Below, piece after piece: positions 52,466 to 64,000 of a stretch of DNA of 64,000 nt. Source of the stretch: Pocillopora damicornis (Eukaryota). Made by a program: the position numbers and the translations under genes. The notes beneath the pieces are model-generated. The model did not search any database. It saw nothing but the letters and a program-made list of their open reading frames with translations, and had not been told where the DNA came from. The number at the start of each line of letters is the position of its first letter. Position 1 is the stretch's first letter. Where the stretch lies: the NCBI RefSeq assembly GCF_003704095.1, contig NW_020847159.1, forward strand, positions 1 to 64,000, written 5' to 3'.

Positions 52466-53094
52466 GTTGTATTATCTTTTGTAATCGAATAGGAGTCAGA
52501 TGGGACATTAAGCCAGCGGTATCACTACAATGGTACATGCTTATTAAATTAAAAGTTTTAGAGACAGTAGCTCAGCCTCGCATTGGCGTTATGGTTCAAT
52601 TTTAACCTTAGATTTAATTTTCTTTTTCTTTTTTTCCACGGATGAAATCAGGAATTGTACGTCCGTTTGTCCGTGTCCTAACACAAAAGTCCCTAATAAA
52701 CAGACTGAAAAATTACTTGTAAACGATTCCTACTTGAAGTTTAGTCATGATCAAGTGCCTTTTGATAAATTTGTGAATGCGAATAAGTTAACTGTCAACA
52801 TTTACATGTCAGGCAATGTAACAGGATGTGAATATATTTTTGCTCATCAAAAACAATGGTCGGTCGGGCGATGAGAAATGAAACATTTCATGTGAACGAT
52901 CTAGGATTTCTTGAATTGTAACTTAAGTTTTTTTAAAATCTAATTTAGTCAATCAAAGTTGCGATGTATCTGACTGGATTTGTTAAAACATGCCAGTGAG
53001 CAACGCGAAGGAGAAGTTCCTCACACAAATTCCCTCCACCCTACCCCCCTCCTTTTGAAACAGCGTTGACACACCCTTTAACCTTCTAAGGCCA

Positions 53095-53367
53095 TAAGGG
53101 ACTAGTCATGATTTATATCGGGGGGGGGNNNNNNNNNNNNNNNNNNNNNNNNNNNNNNNNNNNNNNNNNNNNNNNNNNNNNNNNNNNNNNNNNNNNNNNN
53201 NNNNNNNNNNNNNNNNNNNNNNNNNNNNNNNNNNNNNNNNNNNNNNNNNNNNNNNNNNNNNNNNNNNNNNNNNNNNNNNNNNNNNNNNNNNNNNNNNNNN
53301 NNNNNNNNNNNNNNNNNCCCCCCCCCCCATCCCTTACCCAGACGATAAACGGATAACCGGTCCCTAA
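53095..53367. mobile_element. MITE-like repeat with GGGAC/GTCCC ends and TAA flanks, spanning a gap
   Basis: TAAGGGACTAGT...ACCGGTCCCTAA. Probable relatives begin at 22356 (TAAGGGAAAAGTC) and include the blocks near 18469, 27768 and 57575. Confidence 0.55.
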
Positions 53368-54960
53368 TAGCCCAGTCCTTCGGCTGCGTTTAGGTGTTGA
53401 AAATGATATCAAGGCCTCTGTGTTTTAAGCAGCCAGTCTGCCTCGAAGACAAACAATACCCTCACAGAGAATGCTTCGACCAGCTGCGCGTTTAATATTT
53501 AGATAGTTATGATTGTTTAATGATAAAATGTTGAACTTTTCATTTGAGCTTTTTGTTTCCAACTGTTTCAATCCTGGAAATCCTCGACAATACTTCCTCA
53601 CGAGTCGAAGTCGCAAAATGTTGTTGAAAATTGAAAAATTACATTTTCTGTGTTTGTCTGAACTTGTTGTTCACTTCATCGTTGATCTTTATTCATTTCT
53701 TTCTCATCTAACTTGAAAACCTTTCTTTTCGCGATACGGCTTGAAAATATTTATGTCATTTACAAAAAAGATACAGGAAAAAGGCACGAAAACATGATAT
53801 ACCAAATCGTAATTTCGCACCTACTTGATTCGTTGACGTGAGTTGGCTAATGGTAAAATTAAAAAAGAAAAACCCCAGCAATAACGAGTGGTAAGGAACC
53901 TTCAATCAACGAAAGAGCGCTGCATTGTGTACAATCACATGTGCAAAATAAGATCGAGGGGTCAAAAAAGAGATAGTAACTAAGCATGATTTTGTTTTCT
54001 CAAAAAGTCACCGCATAGTCAAAAATTACTGAATTTATCTCCTCTCACGAAAGGTCAGATACAGATCTTTGTAAAAAAAAACAACTTATGATCCAGCAAC
54101 AGTCATGCAAAAGGACACTAGAGATTCACAGAACAAGAAACAAACCGACTTAGAGTGCATAGACGCAGTGAAACAGATCCTTCTCGATGTCGACGCAAAG
54201 GACCTCCGTTTTCATTGAAGTTCTAACCAGGAAACAAGCAGGCTGCAGAGAAGTATCAAGGACGCTCGTAAAATAAGAATTTAAGATATGTCGTATCTTA
54301 CCTCCTAGTCTTTTTTTGGCTCAGATATGGCATCCGACAGCGAAAAAGGAAGATATTAGGTTCGCCTACTCCTACGTGACCCAGATGTTTCTATACTTAC
54401 TTATTCTTTAAAGAAAACGACTTCCGCCATACGATAATTTGTACTCCTGTGGCGGTCATTTAGACAGCAGCTCGTGTTTCTATTCATTAATCAGACTTTG
54501 AACAGAAATATCAGGATACCTGATAAGAATATCTTTTCAAAGTGTCTTGAGTTACGTTGTGGTCTTTTGTGATGACACTTCACAGTCAGCTATTTATTCA
54601 TCTGACCTAAAAACGCATTCCAGCAACTTCGTATGAGGAAGAAGCTCTTGAATCATAGGTCTGAGCGACAATCAGTTTTAACAGAAAACTTTCCATCAGT
54701 CAATTTTTATATTCTATGGCACAGTTTTTGTAAGTCTAGTGCATTGAGGGTCCTTTCGATAACATCTGAATTCCGCGGATATGGCACGAAACAGATGACC
54801 CTGGAATAAACAGTTAGCTCGTTTTCAGTTCCCTCGCACCTTTTCCGAATCAGGAAAGAATCTAGGTACCAGTTTACAAGGACCATAACTTCTTCGCCAA
54901 GTTACTTCTTTGTCCATAATAGGACAGAGTTTCATCCTGTCGGCACTGCAAAAATTTTCA
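53340..54960 (-). pseudogene. Decayed coding region of unknown family
   Basis: Protein-like segments broken by stops and frameshifts (YGPCKLVPRFFPDS; VPYPRNSDVIERTLNALDLQKL; LRPMIQELLPHTKLLECVFRSDE; QQHFATSTREEVLSRISRIETVGNKKLK). Only 54840-54955 has independent support, from its homolog. Confidence 0.4.
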
Positions 54961-55226
54961 GGCCTCAAGAGGTAAGAGAAGCTTACATAGAGATGTTAAA
55001 GTTGGTTTAAAGTTGCTGCGTAGAGTTTTTATTTTTATGAAACTTTGTAAACACTTAGCAGTCTTAAAGTTGTTTGTGAATAGGCTGGTCACCTCATAAT
55101 GATAAAAAACTGAGCTCTGTGGTGTGTTTCTATATCACCACCCGAATATGGTTAAACAAAATAACTCCAGAAAATATCCTATCATTTCTCTCCTGTTTTA
55201 GTCTCAAGGTTCGTTTCGGAATAACG

Positions 55227-57848
55227 ATGTTACGTTTGCTGGCAATTTTTCTTTTCCTGGCGGTGAACTTTTGTTGCACAGGTAAGGGTTGAATTTTCTG
55301 TTTTGATCTCACACTTGCGGACAAGACTCCGATGAATTTGGGGGTGTAACAACTCCGAAGTTAGCGCAATAGTCTACCCACTGAATTTCAACAGTGTTGT
55401 ATAACTGAAAGATGGCTGAAATCTGTTCAAGGTTCCCCTCACAGTCTTCAACAACAGTATTTTCCACGGCTAACAACTGTGAAGGAAAATCACTTTCATT
55501 TCAACGTAAAAAAAATACTTAAGATCATGATTGCACTGTGTATGATAAAATGGTCCGCTAAAAATACTGTGAGATAGAGATTTTATTGCATAAAACCTCT
55601 CTGAAATACTTGAAAGTACAAACAGCTGCCCATTGTTCTTGTCGTATCATATGATCTTCTGATTGAAATCACAGAGTTACTGATGCCACTGTATCGAATC
55701 GGTTCTTTAGTAATATTATCGGATGTAGTTGACGTGGCAGAATATCTGATTTACATCATAATTTTTACCAAACTTTCTGGAACTTCGTGAAGACAACGGA
55801 GGCACGTAAATGTGCATGACGCGTTGGTTACTTTTATTGCAAGCTGGAGGCGGGGTTCAAAGTTCATAGTTGGTTTTATCTGATGTGCTGTCTGTGTAGC
55901 CGTTAACATAAAGTGAATGGTAGTTTCGAAACTGTAACTTCGATTTGCATTGATCTTACATCTGAGAGTATTTTGAAGCATTAAAGACGAGTAAAGCAAG
56001 TATTGTGAAAGTTCTCTAGGTTTATCCGAAATCCATTCTCGCATATACCGAAAGTAAGGACGGATTTCCGCCCTCAGCTAGCTAAGCGAGAGTTCCGAGT
56101 TTAGTTCTTCCCTTCCCCTACTTGAGTAAGTTAGTTCAAATTGTAATGTAATCTACTGTAATCTATATATTTACACCAACATATATTTTAAGAGGGATAC
56201 TGGGACCGGACCTGTGAACGGAACACGATGTACTTAAGCTGCAACCATGGGGTGATCGATGTTCGAAGCGCATGGTACGGACGCGACCGGTCGGGAGTTT
56301 GCTCGGAGAGGGGAAGTACAGAAAATACAAACTGTTACACCGGTGCTACGAGTTACGTCAGTGGCGAATGCGACGGGCGATCATACTGCAGCCTTTACGT
56401 TTCGAATTCAGCTTTTGGAGATCCGTGTGTTGGCACTGTGAAATATCTCACGGTAGGTTCAAAGTTCAAAGAACAACTTAAAGTATATGACTTACAGGGA
56501 GGGACTCTTCAGCTCAAATTTGCAAGTTAAAGCCTAATTGATGAGCGCTTGCAAAAGCCCTGGCCGTAGAAGCTCTTAATTTCTTTCGCAGAACATAAGT
56601 GGGAAAAAATGTATGAAAGCTTATGGTGAGTGTCCTGTGATAACCAATAGCATGTTAATATGACTAGAATAATGATCATATGACTTTCGAAACCAGTGGT
56701 GAACACCCAGTTTAACAATTTGATGTTTCGTCTGTTGTTGGCTGTCGAATTGAAAAAGGTAGAGAAAGGAATACTCTGACACCTGATCCTGTAACCTCCT
56801 GTCCTCCTTTAAAGGAGCAGTTGAGGTAAGTTTTGTAGTATTCTTGATCCACAGGTCTCGTATAGATGTAAAACGGGAGGACGACAAAGACTGAAGAGAA
56901 TTTGCGAACGCAACTGGGGTGACATTCGTTGTTACGGCAGTGACAGAATCGATGTCCTATCGGCGTTTTACGGCCGCAAGACGGGTGGACACGTCTGCTC
57001 AGGTTCGGTATATACTACATCCTGCGAAACTTCAGCGTACAGTTATGTGTATCGGAACTGCGATGGAGATCAGAGTTGCAGTTTGCACGCAGATAACCAC
57101 CACTTCGGTGATCCTTGTCAGGGAACAACTAAATATCTGGAGGTTAGTGAATGTAACGCACGCTTAGAGGAGAATTATTCAGAAAAGTCCTTATATTAGT
57201 TGCGCGCATTTAAGCAACCTTCTGACCAACCCCTTGCTGATTGTTACTCATTTGTTTCTATAGTTTCATGAGAATTGAAGCTTTTTATCCAACTAGGAAA
57301 TTTGGTATTATCAGCTGAGTTAATAACGTAAATTGGCCACCGTAAAGAGTTTTGAAGCTGACGTTTCAAGCATTAGCTTTTCGTCAGAGTGACAGACGAA
57401 GGGCTAACGCTCGAAACGTCAGCTGCGAAACTCTTTACGGTGGTCAAGTTACGTTATCAACTCAGTAGGTAATACTAAATTACCCTGTTATACCCTCCCA
57501 CTGACACAGCACCACAGTCTCTTTACAAACTTACCCCCTCTATTTATCTTAATCCAACTGTCTACCTCATCCAACGAGGGGATCATAGGAATATTAAAGA
57601 GCCTTATTGGGGGGGAATCAGGTAACTTTTAGCGTGACACAGGCGGTATCCGGCTCACATTCTATAATTAAATGAATAGATTTGTTGATAACTGGATTCT
57701 TTTTGCCTTAGGGCATATATAGATAGAAACTTTCCACACTCATTCGCTGTTGTTATTTTTACAAGTCTCGGCAGCAGTAAAAAAGAAAATAAAAACGACG
57801 ATTGCCTTTTTTTTCATTTTAATACAGGTTCGATACAGATGCAAGTGA
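55227..57848 (+). CDS. Secreted two-domain SUEL/rhamnose-binding lectin (Gal_Lectin), 207 aa
   Basis: Exons 55227-55281 (signal peptide MLRLLAIFLFLAVNFCCT), 56193-56452, 56855-57142, 57828-57848. Two CRDs: SAWYGR...FGDPCVGTVKYLTVSYRC and SAFYGR...FGDPCQGTTKYLEVRYRCK. Confidence 0.95.
57304..57545. mobile_element. Penelope-like inverted terminal-repeat unit with minimal hammerhead-like cores
   Basis: Palindrome 57304-57476 plus a tail. The minus strand reads CTGACGA-A-AAGC-TAAT-GCTT-GAAACGTC; the plus-strand core is mutated (CAGACGA). Confidence 0.75.
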
Positions 57849-58470
57849 TCAAAAGCTTCAGCCACCCGCGAGAGACTGGACTCCACTAATCAAGAAATGA
57901 TCCAATGTAGCTTGTAGAGTTTCTGTGAAAAGGATCATTAAACTTCACTTCAACTCCACGCTGATGAACTTTTTCTTTTCCTGACTAAAATTGGTCGCGA
58001 TTTGAGGCTGAAAATACGGAAGTAAAGACGTACTTGTACGAAGATCTCCGCAATTTGGGAATGTTCTATCATTTTTATCAGAAGTCTTTGCCAAAATTTA
58101 TAGAAGTGACTTTTCCTTAAACATAATCTGACTCAGCACTCCTGTCAATCCGGTTTCATCCAGTTGTGTGTTCGTCCGTCCCACATGGAAGTCCTCTTGA
58201 TTAAAAATTGAGACAACTTCATAAATCGAGTTTAACCCCAACCTCCCCTCCCATGAACTGAAAATCTCCAATACGCCAATGGTTAATAATCGCGACAATA
58301 CGCAGAGAACAACAATATTTTTTTCTATTTTGTTCACAACAACAAGGAAAACACAGAAGCTACATTCTTTTTTTCACACCAACACGAAATTTTTTTGTTT
58401 CTTATTGTAGACATGAAAAGATCCAAGATTGCGTGGAAATTAAAACTAAATCAAATTGTCGAAACGATAC

Positions 58471-58674
58471 TTAACTCTCTACACCCTAACATCAATATTC
58501 ATATTCTCCTCACTGTTCTCTTTACATTTCCTATGGTAATGACAAGGAGAATTTGTTTGAGAATCAGGAGTTTCTTGAATTGGTGATCATTTCCTTTTTT
58601 CTCCTTACCGTTATACTTGATTCAAGCATGTTACTGTAGGGAGAAATTAGAAACCAGTCGCTCTCAGGGGTTAA
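58471..58674. mobile_element. TTAA-MITE family copy (reverse orientation)
   Basis: TTAACTCTCTACACCC...CAGGGGTTAA. Confidence 0.8.
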
Positions 58675-60229
58675 AGTATTAATTATGAACATGTTTTTTT
58701 ATTGAGAACACAAAAGATAAGTGTTTCATCTATAAATTCAATACAAGCCGCAAAGCAATTATACAATAGTTGATTCTTCAACGCATTAAACTGGAGAGCT
58801 AAACGGGAAGTTGACAAGTAGTTTGCGGTGACACCCGAACCTCTGAATGTGCACAACTCCCTTAAGCGATTATTAAATTCACGTCCATGCCTAAAAAGGC
58901 CGAAATACAGATAAGTCCGCATTCAAAAATACTTTTCCGAAGCAGACACTCTCTGACCTTGAAAATTCCTATTACGAATGTTTCCAATTTATTTNNNNNN
59001 NNNNNNNNNNNNNNNNNNNNNNNNNNNNNNNNNNNNNNNNNNNNNNNNNNNNNNNNNNNNNNNNNNNNNNNNNNNNNNNNNNNNNNNNNNNNNNAATCGG
59101 CTCCCCTCTTTCGTGTTAATAGAAAATAAACTCAAATGAAGTCACCACCAAAAATATGAACAAGTTTGTTAGTCATAAAAAAAAGTTGGTAAAGTTTCAA
59201 AAAGTTAACCGTACATACTTTTCTTTAGTTTTAACTGAAATAAGCTACCGTTCTCCATAAAATGGCAACGACGTTGTATGGCCGTCAGCGCTAATAAAGT
59301 AATCTGTAATAAATTTGCTTACCAAAATTAGTAACAGGATATTGTAACTCGTCGTAGATAACCTGTAGATCTCCGCAAATTCTGGTATCCTGATCACGAT
59401 AACAACAGAGTATACCAGTCACCTTGTATTATATGAATAATTTTAAAATGTTGAGAAAGGGTGAACGCAAACACTTATCCGGTCATAAAGCGAAAAGCTC
59501 GGCACAAAGACTGAAGACGTCTGTAATGCTCAGATTGCATCTCAAACCTAAGGAATGCAAATTAACTGTGTACGTGCTACTTGTCAAGGATCTCTTAATC
59601 AGAGATGCCCTGTGGGTTTTTTTGACTAATGTTTGAAAGCTCTTGAGTGTTTTCCCTACTTTCGTTTTCAAATTGCTTGTCATGCAACTTCTAATCCCAT
59701 TGTTAGTTTGCACGGATGATTTTGAACCGGCGATACGGTTCAAAGTTCAAACCATAGGAGTTGGATGCCAGAGGGTGTGGTTGATTAATGCGCGATCCGT
59801 GAATTTTAGTAACAATTAACTGAGCCATATCGACAAGCGCCGCGGTGAAACATTTCGCCGCTCATTATAAGGCCCGTTTTCACCTTCATTACAACTTCAC
59901 GTCAATTTAAGTGTGTCATTAAGAAATGAGTGTTACCGCTGGATTTTGTGCATAGAAGGCTCGATTTATTCCTTTGGGTATTCACTTCGGTATTCACTTC
60001 GGGGGGGGGGCACGTAGACCCGCCGAAGCGTAATAATTAAGTTCGGATTAATTCGTTCTGGAAAAGGCGGGGAGGAAAACTCTAAGGAATGAAACAATAG
60101 CGCAGTTAAGTGACCTCGAGCGGCCGCGCCTACAAGTGTATCCATTTTGTTTTAACGTGTCAATGAACTGCAAAGCATGATTGAAAACATTCTATGACTT
60201 GAAGTTTTTTCGCTCAATGTTCTCGAGTT

Positions 60230-60563
60230 CAACAATTACCAGCACCTTACAAACGACTCATTAACGACGTGAACAAACCGACAAACAGACCGGCAAACAA
60301 CAGACGGATCGAAACCGACCAATGACTGTTAACAAACTCTACACGAGTCTTCCAGCCAATCACATCACGGCTAAACAGACCAATCACGTTCAACAGACCA
60401 GACTTTATAACATCATCGACTTCACTTGACTCTGAAGATGACTACCGCACAGGTAGTCGAAACGTCAGTCACCAACAACAGTTCTTATCAGAACTACACT
60501 CACCCGGACGATCACACTACACGAACTACTGATACTCCTGGGTTCAAACCATTTACTTTACTT
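60230..60563 (+). mobile_element. 5'-truncated Penelope-like retroelement (ORF tail plus terminal repeat) with 10-bp TSD
   Basis: Flanked by TTCTCGAGTT (60220-60229 and 60564-60573). Opens with the frame QQLPAPYKRLINDVNKPTNRPANNRRIETDQ*, which I recognise from memory as PLE C-terminus-like. Contains a hammerhead motif. Confidence 0.8.
60427..60471 (+). ncRNA. Minimal type I hammerhead ribozyme motif
   Basis: Stem I TGACT/AGTCA, core CTGAAGA(T), stem II GACTACC-GCACA-GGTAGTC, GAAA, palindromic ACGT stem III, predicted cleavage after GTC at 60466. Confidence 0.8.
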
Positions 60564-60749
60564 TTCTCGAGTTTGATTTGTATTTATTAAAACAGAGCAT
60601 TTTCATTTCTGAGCTTTAAAAAGAGACCTTGAACGAGCATATTTGATGATTACAGGCCAAAGTTCGCATTCTCCTTCTTACTGTTGTGGTTGTAATTTAT
60701 GCACAGCCATCTTTAACCGGCGCGTGTGAAGCATGAATTCCAAAGAATG

Positions 60750-60985
60750 ACTATGGGGCGCCAACCAGTCAAGTTTACTTTTTATTTGGTCAGTTCGACT
60801 TTTTATACGGTCAACCTTTTTACTTTTTGTATTGTTAACTTGAGTTTTTATAGAGTCAACTTTTTCTTTTAATAGGATCAATTTTTACCTTTTATATGGT
60901 CAACTCGAGTTTTTATATGGTCAACTTTTAACGTTCTATATGGTCACGTCGATTTTTTATAGGGTCAACTTTTTGCTTTTTATAC
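60750..60985. repeat. Degenerate ~21-bp minisatellite (GGTCAACTTTTTACTTTTTAT-like)
   Basis: About ten diverged units visible. Confidence 0.75.
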
Positions 60986-62571
60986 CGGTCAGTGTTAAGG
61001 CAAACTGCACATATCAGATTGCATACTGCAGACCAGGGGTCAAGTGCAGACTGAGGATAACATGCTGACTGAAGACTATAGACCAGGGGTAAAAGGCAGA
61101 TTCGGTTCAAAAACAACCTGCTTCCCCGGAAAAACTTCAAGAGTGACCTGGGATCGTGGCCGCGTAAGTTGTGAGAGGCTGAAAATAATCGTCACGGTGA
61201 TCAATGTTTCGTACTTCGCGTCCCGGTTTTGGCGTTGACATATTGTTGTAAGGTAAGAACACTTAGAAACGTAACTGTTTTCATATGCAGTTTACAAAGT
61301 TTTCAAAGGGAATGTTGACTGGTTTGGCGCCCTATAACGTAGACTTTGGGTCCCTGAAAAGGTACCCCGTTCGAAAGCTCTCTGCAACCCGCTGGGATTC
61401 TGCCGGAATCCTCCTGGCATCTACGTGGGATTCTCATAAGGATCTTACCAGGATACTGATAGGAAACTTAGCGTTCCTGAAAAGGTACCCCGTAACACTG
61501 AGATAATCCTGTCATGCTAAGTTGGGTGGTGCTCTTTGGACTCCGCTGGTATCCCACCGGAATCCCCCCGGCAACACTCCGGGATTCTCTTGTCTAACAA
61601 TTAAGAGCTTCTTTGGTGGGTGATCAGCTCCTTTATTCTCCTGACCTCAATGTTTTGATTCAGGAGTGATATGGTAAGGAGAAATTAGATGTGAGACACT
61701 CTTAGGGGTTAAAGGATTAGTGGCACATCGGTGCACGCCAGGGAATGTGAGGCCTTGAACAGTACAAGCGAGCGAGAGGTCTGCAAGGGCCTTGAGGGGT
61801 CTGGCACTAATAATGAGGAAATTGTTAGTGCCAGATCCCAGTAAACCTCTCCCCAACTCGTCCCAAATCGGCGGGCATGTAAAACACTAATAACGGGGGC
61901 CCGCTGGAACGCTATCAATACTTCCACAAAGGAACGAATACATGGAGACATTCAATGGCGTCGAAAGTTATTTTTAATGGTCCCTGATACATAAACTACA
62001 CAAACTACATGGGATCACTTGTTTTCNNNNNNNNNNNNNNNNNNNNNNNNNNNNNNNNNNNNNNNNNNNNNNNNNNNNNNNNNNNNNNNNNNNNNNNNNN
62101 NNNNNNNNNNNNNNNNNNNNNNNNNNTACCACGGTTGGGAATTTTGCCAGTCGTGAATTTCGTCCCACCCCCTGTAATGCGCAAAGTTGGCAAAACAATT
62201 TCAGGTACTAGGAATTGGTATTTAAGTAACATTGAACATTGGAAGGAGAGTAGAAGAACCCACGTTAGTTAAGTAACGTGGGCTAAATAGGATGTTTGTA
62301 TCTCTTTTCAATGTAATTCATGCATGATTGCAGTTTCTTTAACTCAAATGGTGATCTCTGGCAAACTTCTTTGTGTAAAATGGAGAGGGGGGGGGAATGT
62401 GATGTTGTCGTCGTTCAAAACTGTCCAGTCCAGCATTTAAGGGCATGGTAGTGTGTTTCTTGATCAATCATTCACTTTCCATGAAAAGATACGCCCCTGG
62501 TAATTTTTAGATCAAAGTTTTGTTTGGTGAGGACTGATAATATCTAAAATAATACAGTGAAACATAATCAC

Positions 62572-63387
62572 CTCCAAATACTTCTTTGTCCCACGGCAAG
62601 GATCGCCAAACTGGCTGTTTGTTGCCTGCAAAAAGCAGCTTCGCTTTCCCTGGCACTTGCTCCTCACTTTATCAATCGACCCAGCAGCTCCACAGTTTGT
62701 GGTTTTAACTGGTCCCCAACAGATGTGCCGACCAGTTAAACGACCGTAATTCGCCGACATGATATCGATTTTCTTCGAGGCGGGGCACGAAATGTGCTGT
62801 GACCGTCCTTCGCAGATGCGAACGAGCTTATTCTCAGCGCAAAGAACAGTTTTTCCCACACATTCGTACTTCACCTGTGTATGGAAATAGGAACATCTTA
62901 TTTTTACAAATTTTACCGAAACAGAACGAGTTTGATATTAGTAAGAGATCTGGATAAAGATCAATGTCCTTAAACGATTATTCGGAAACTGCTTGTGGTT
63001 GAGTCGCGATTGGCTGGCTGGTAACCAATCAATAATCACACTAATGAGGTCACTCGTATCAAAGTTACCATGAACTAAACAATTTCACAGTTGCAAAAAA
63101 AAATAACATTAATCTCTGGAAGCAAGTATTGAAGTGATCCATATCGATTGAATTTTACATGTGAAAAATATATTAGTTATTATTTGCAACATGAGAACTG
63201 GAGCGAATATTTATAATCTAAGTCTTAAGTTGTCCTTCCTTGAGGTGAACTCACCTTTAGATATTTGAAGGTTCCAACACAGGGGTCACCAAACGCTTCG
63301 TTCTTCGCGTACAGAGTACATCTCGTCTGTCCTTGACATTCGTATCTAGCGACGCTCATGGAGCTACCAGCATGGCAGTTTGTGCTT
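62572..63387 (-). CDS. SUEL/rhamnose-binding lectin paralog, partial
   Basis: Exon 63255-63387 is cut by a gap (STNCHAGSSMSVARYECQGQTRCTLYAKNEAFGDPCVGTFKYLK). Exon 62572-62874 reads SANYGR...FGDPCRGTKKYLE. The last short exon is probably in gap 62027-62126; the 5' exon was not found. Confidence 0.9.
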
Positions 63388-64000
63388 NNNNNNNNNNNNN
63401 NNNNNNNNNNNNNNNNNNNNNNNNNNNNNNNNNNNNNNNNNNNNNNNNNNNNNNNNNNNNNNNNNNNNNNNNNNNNNNNNNNNNNNNCAATTTCTATTGG
63501 AAAATATTTTACCTTTATTTAGAATCCTCAAGCGCCTCTAGAGAGTGAAAAAACTCGAACGTTGTCCGTTTCGCCGATCCTGTTAACAGAGTATGTAGAG
63601 ATCCAAGCGTGTCACTTAAAAAAATTTCTCTTCGGACTTTACTGGATAAAAATTCAAAATACTGTAGGGAAACTGTAAAATGACGAACGGTTAATGTATT
63701 TACCGTAAAACAATTGACTATATGTACAGGATAGCTCTTGAGAAAGACGATTTTAGAACCGGGTTTTCAGTAATCTTGGAATTTCGAGTCACAGGAAATT
63801 GGTTCGCGGCGCGCGTTGCATCAAGGGTGAAAATGGGCCTTTAAGTAGTCATAACGACAAGTAAAAAAAACAAACAATAATATTCCACAGGTATTTTTAG
63901 ATAAAGCAATTACATAACAGCCACATGTGAGTATTTCTAAATTTCCAAGTTAGTTTTTATGTAGTGACTCACATCAGTTTTTCTTTCCTCAAAAAGAGAC

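Noticed and set aside
60750-60985. Periodic repeats read as a CRISPR array
   Set aside because: Degenerate tandem units without unique spacers, no cas genes, eukaryotic context.

Overview
Eukaryotic, AT-rich, intron-containing animal DNA with several N gaps. The repeat families and gene content look like a stony coral, possibly Pocillopora; the taxon is an inference. Genes reconstructed by hand from GT-AG splice sites: a 10-exon V-ATPase c'' subunit gene (ATP6V0B, minus strand); five co-oriented Golgi-type carbohydrate sulfotransferases, each with a single coding exon, three of them from a recent tandem triplication; an O-fucosyltransferase-like glycosyltransferase; two tandem PAP2/PLPP lipid phosphate phosphatases, the second with a catalytic His->Gln change (SFPSGQ); a hexokinase; and two convergent SUEL/rhamnose-binding lectin genes. 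Non-coding DNA holds many TTAA-flanked MITEs, Penelope-like fragments with minimal hammerhead ribozyme motifs (one fully formable, with a 10-bp TSD), a 497-bp palindromic element, a decayed Polinton-like relic, and two homologous decayed reading frames of unknown family flanking the hexokinase. No CRISPR array, tRNA or rRNA was seen. The most interesting hypothesis is a clustered sulfated/fucosylated glycan 'write-and-read' locus; it is untested.
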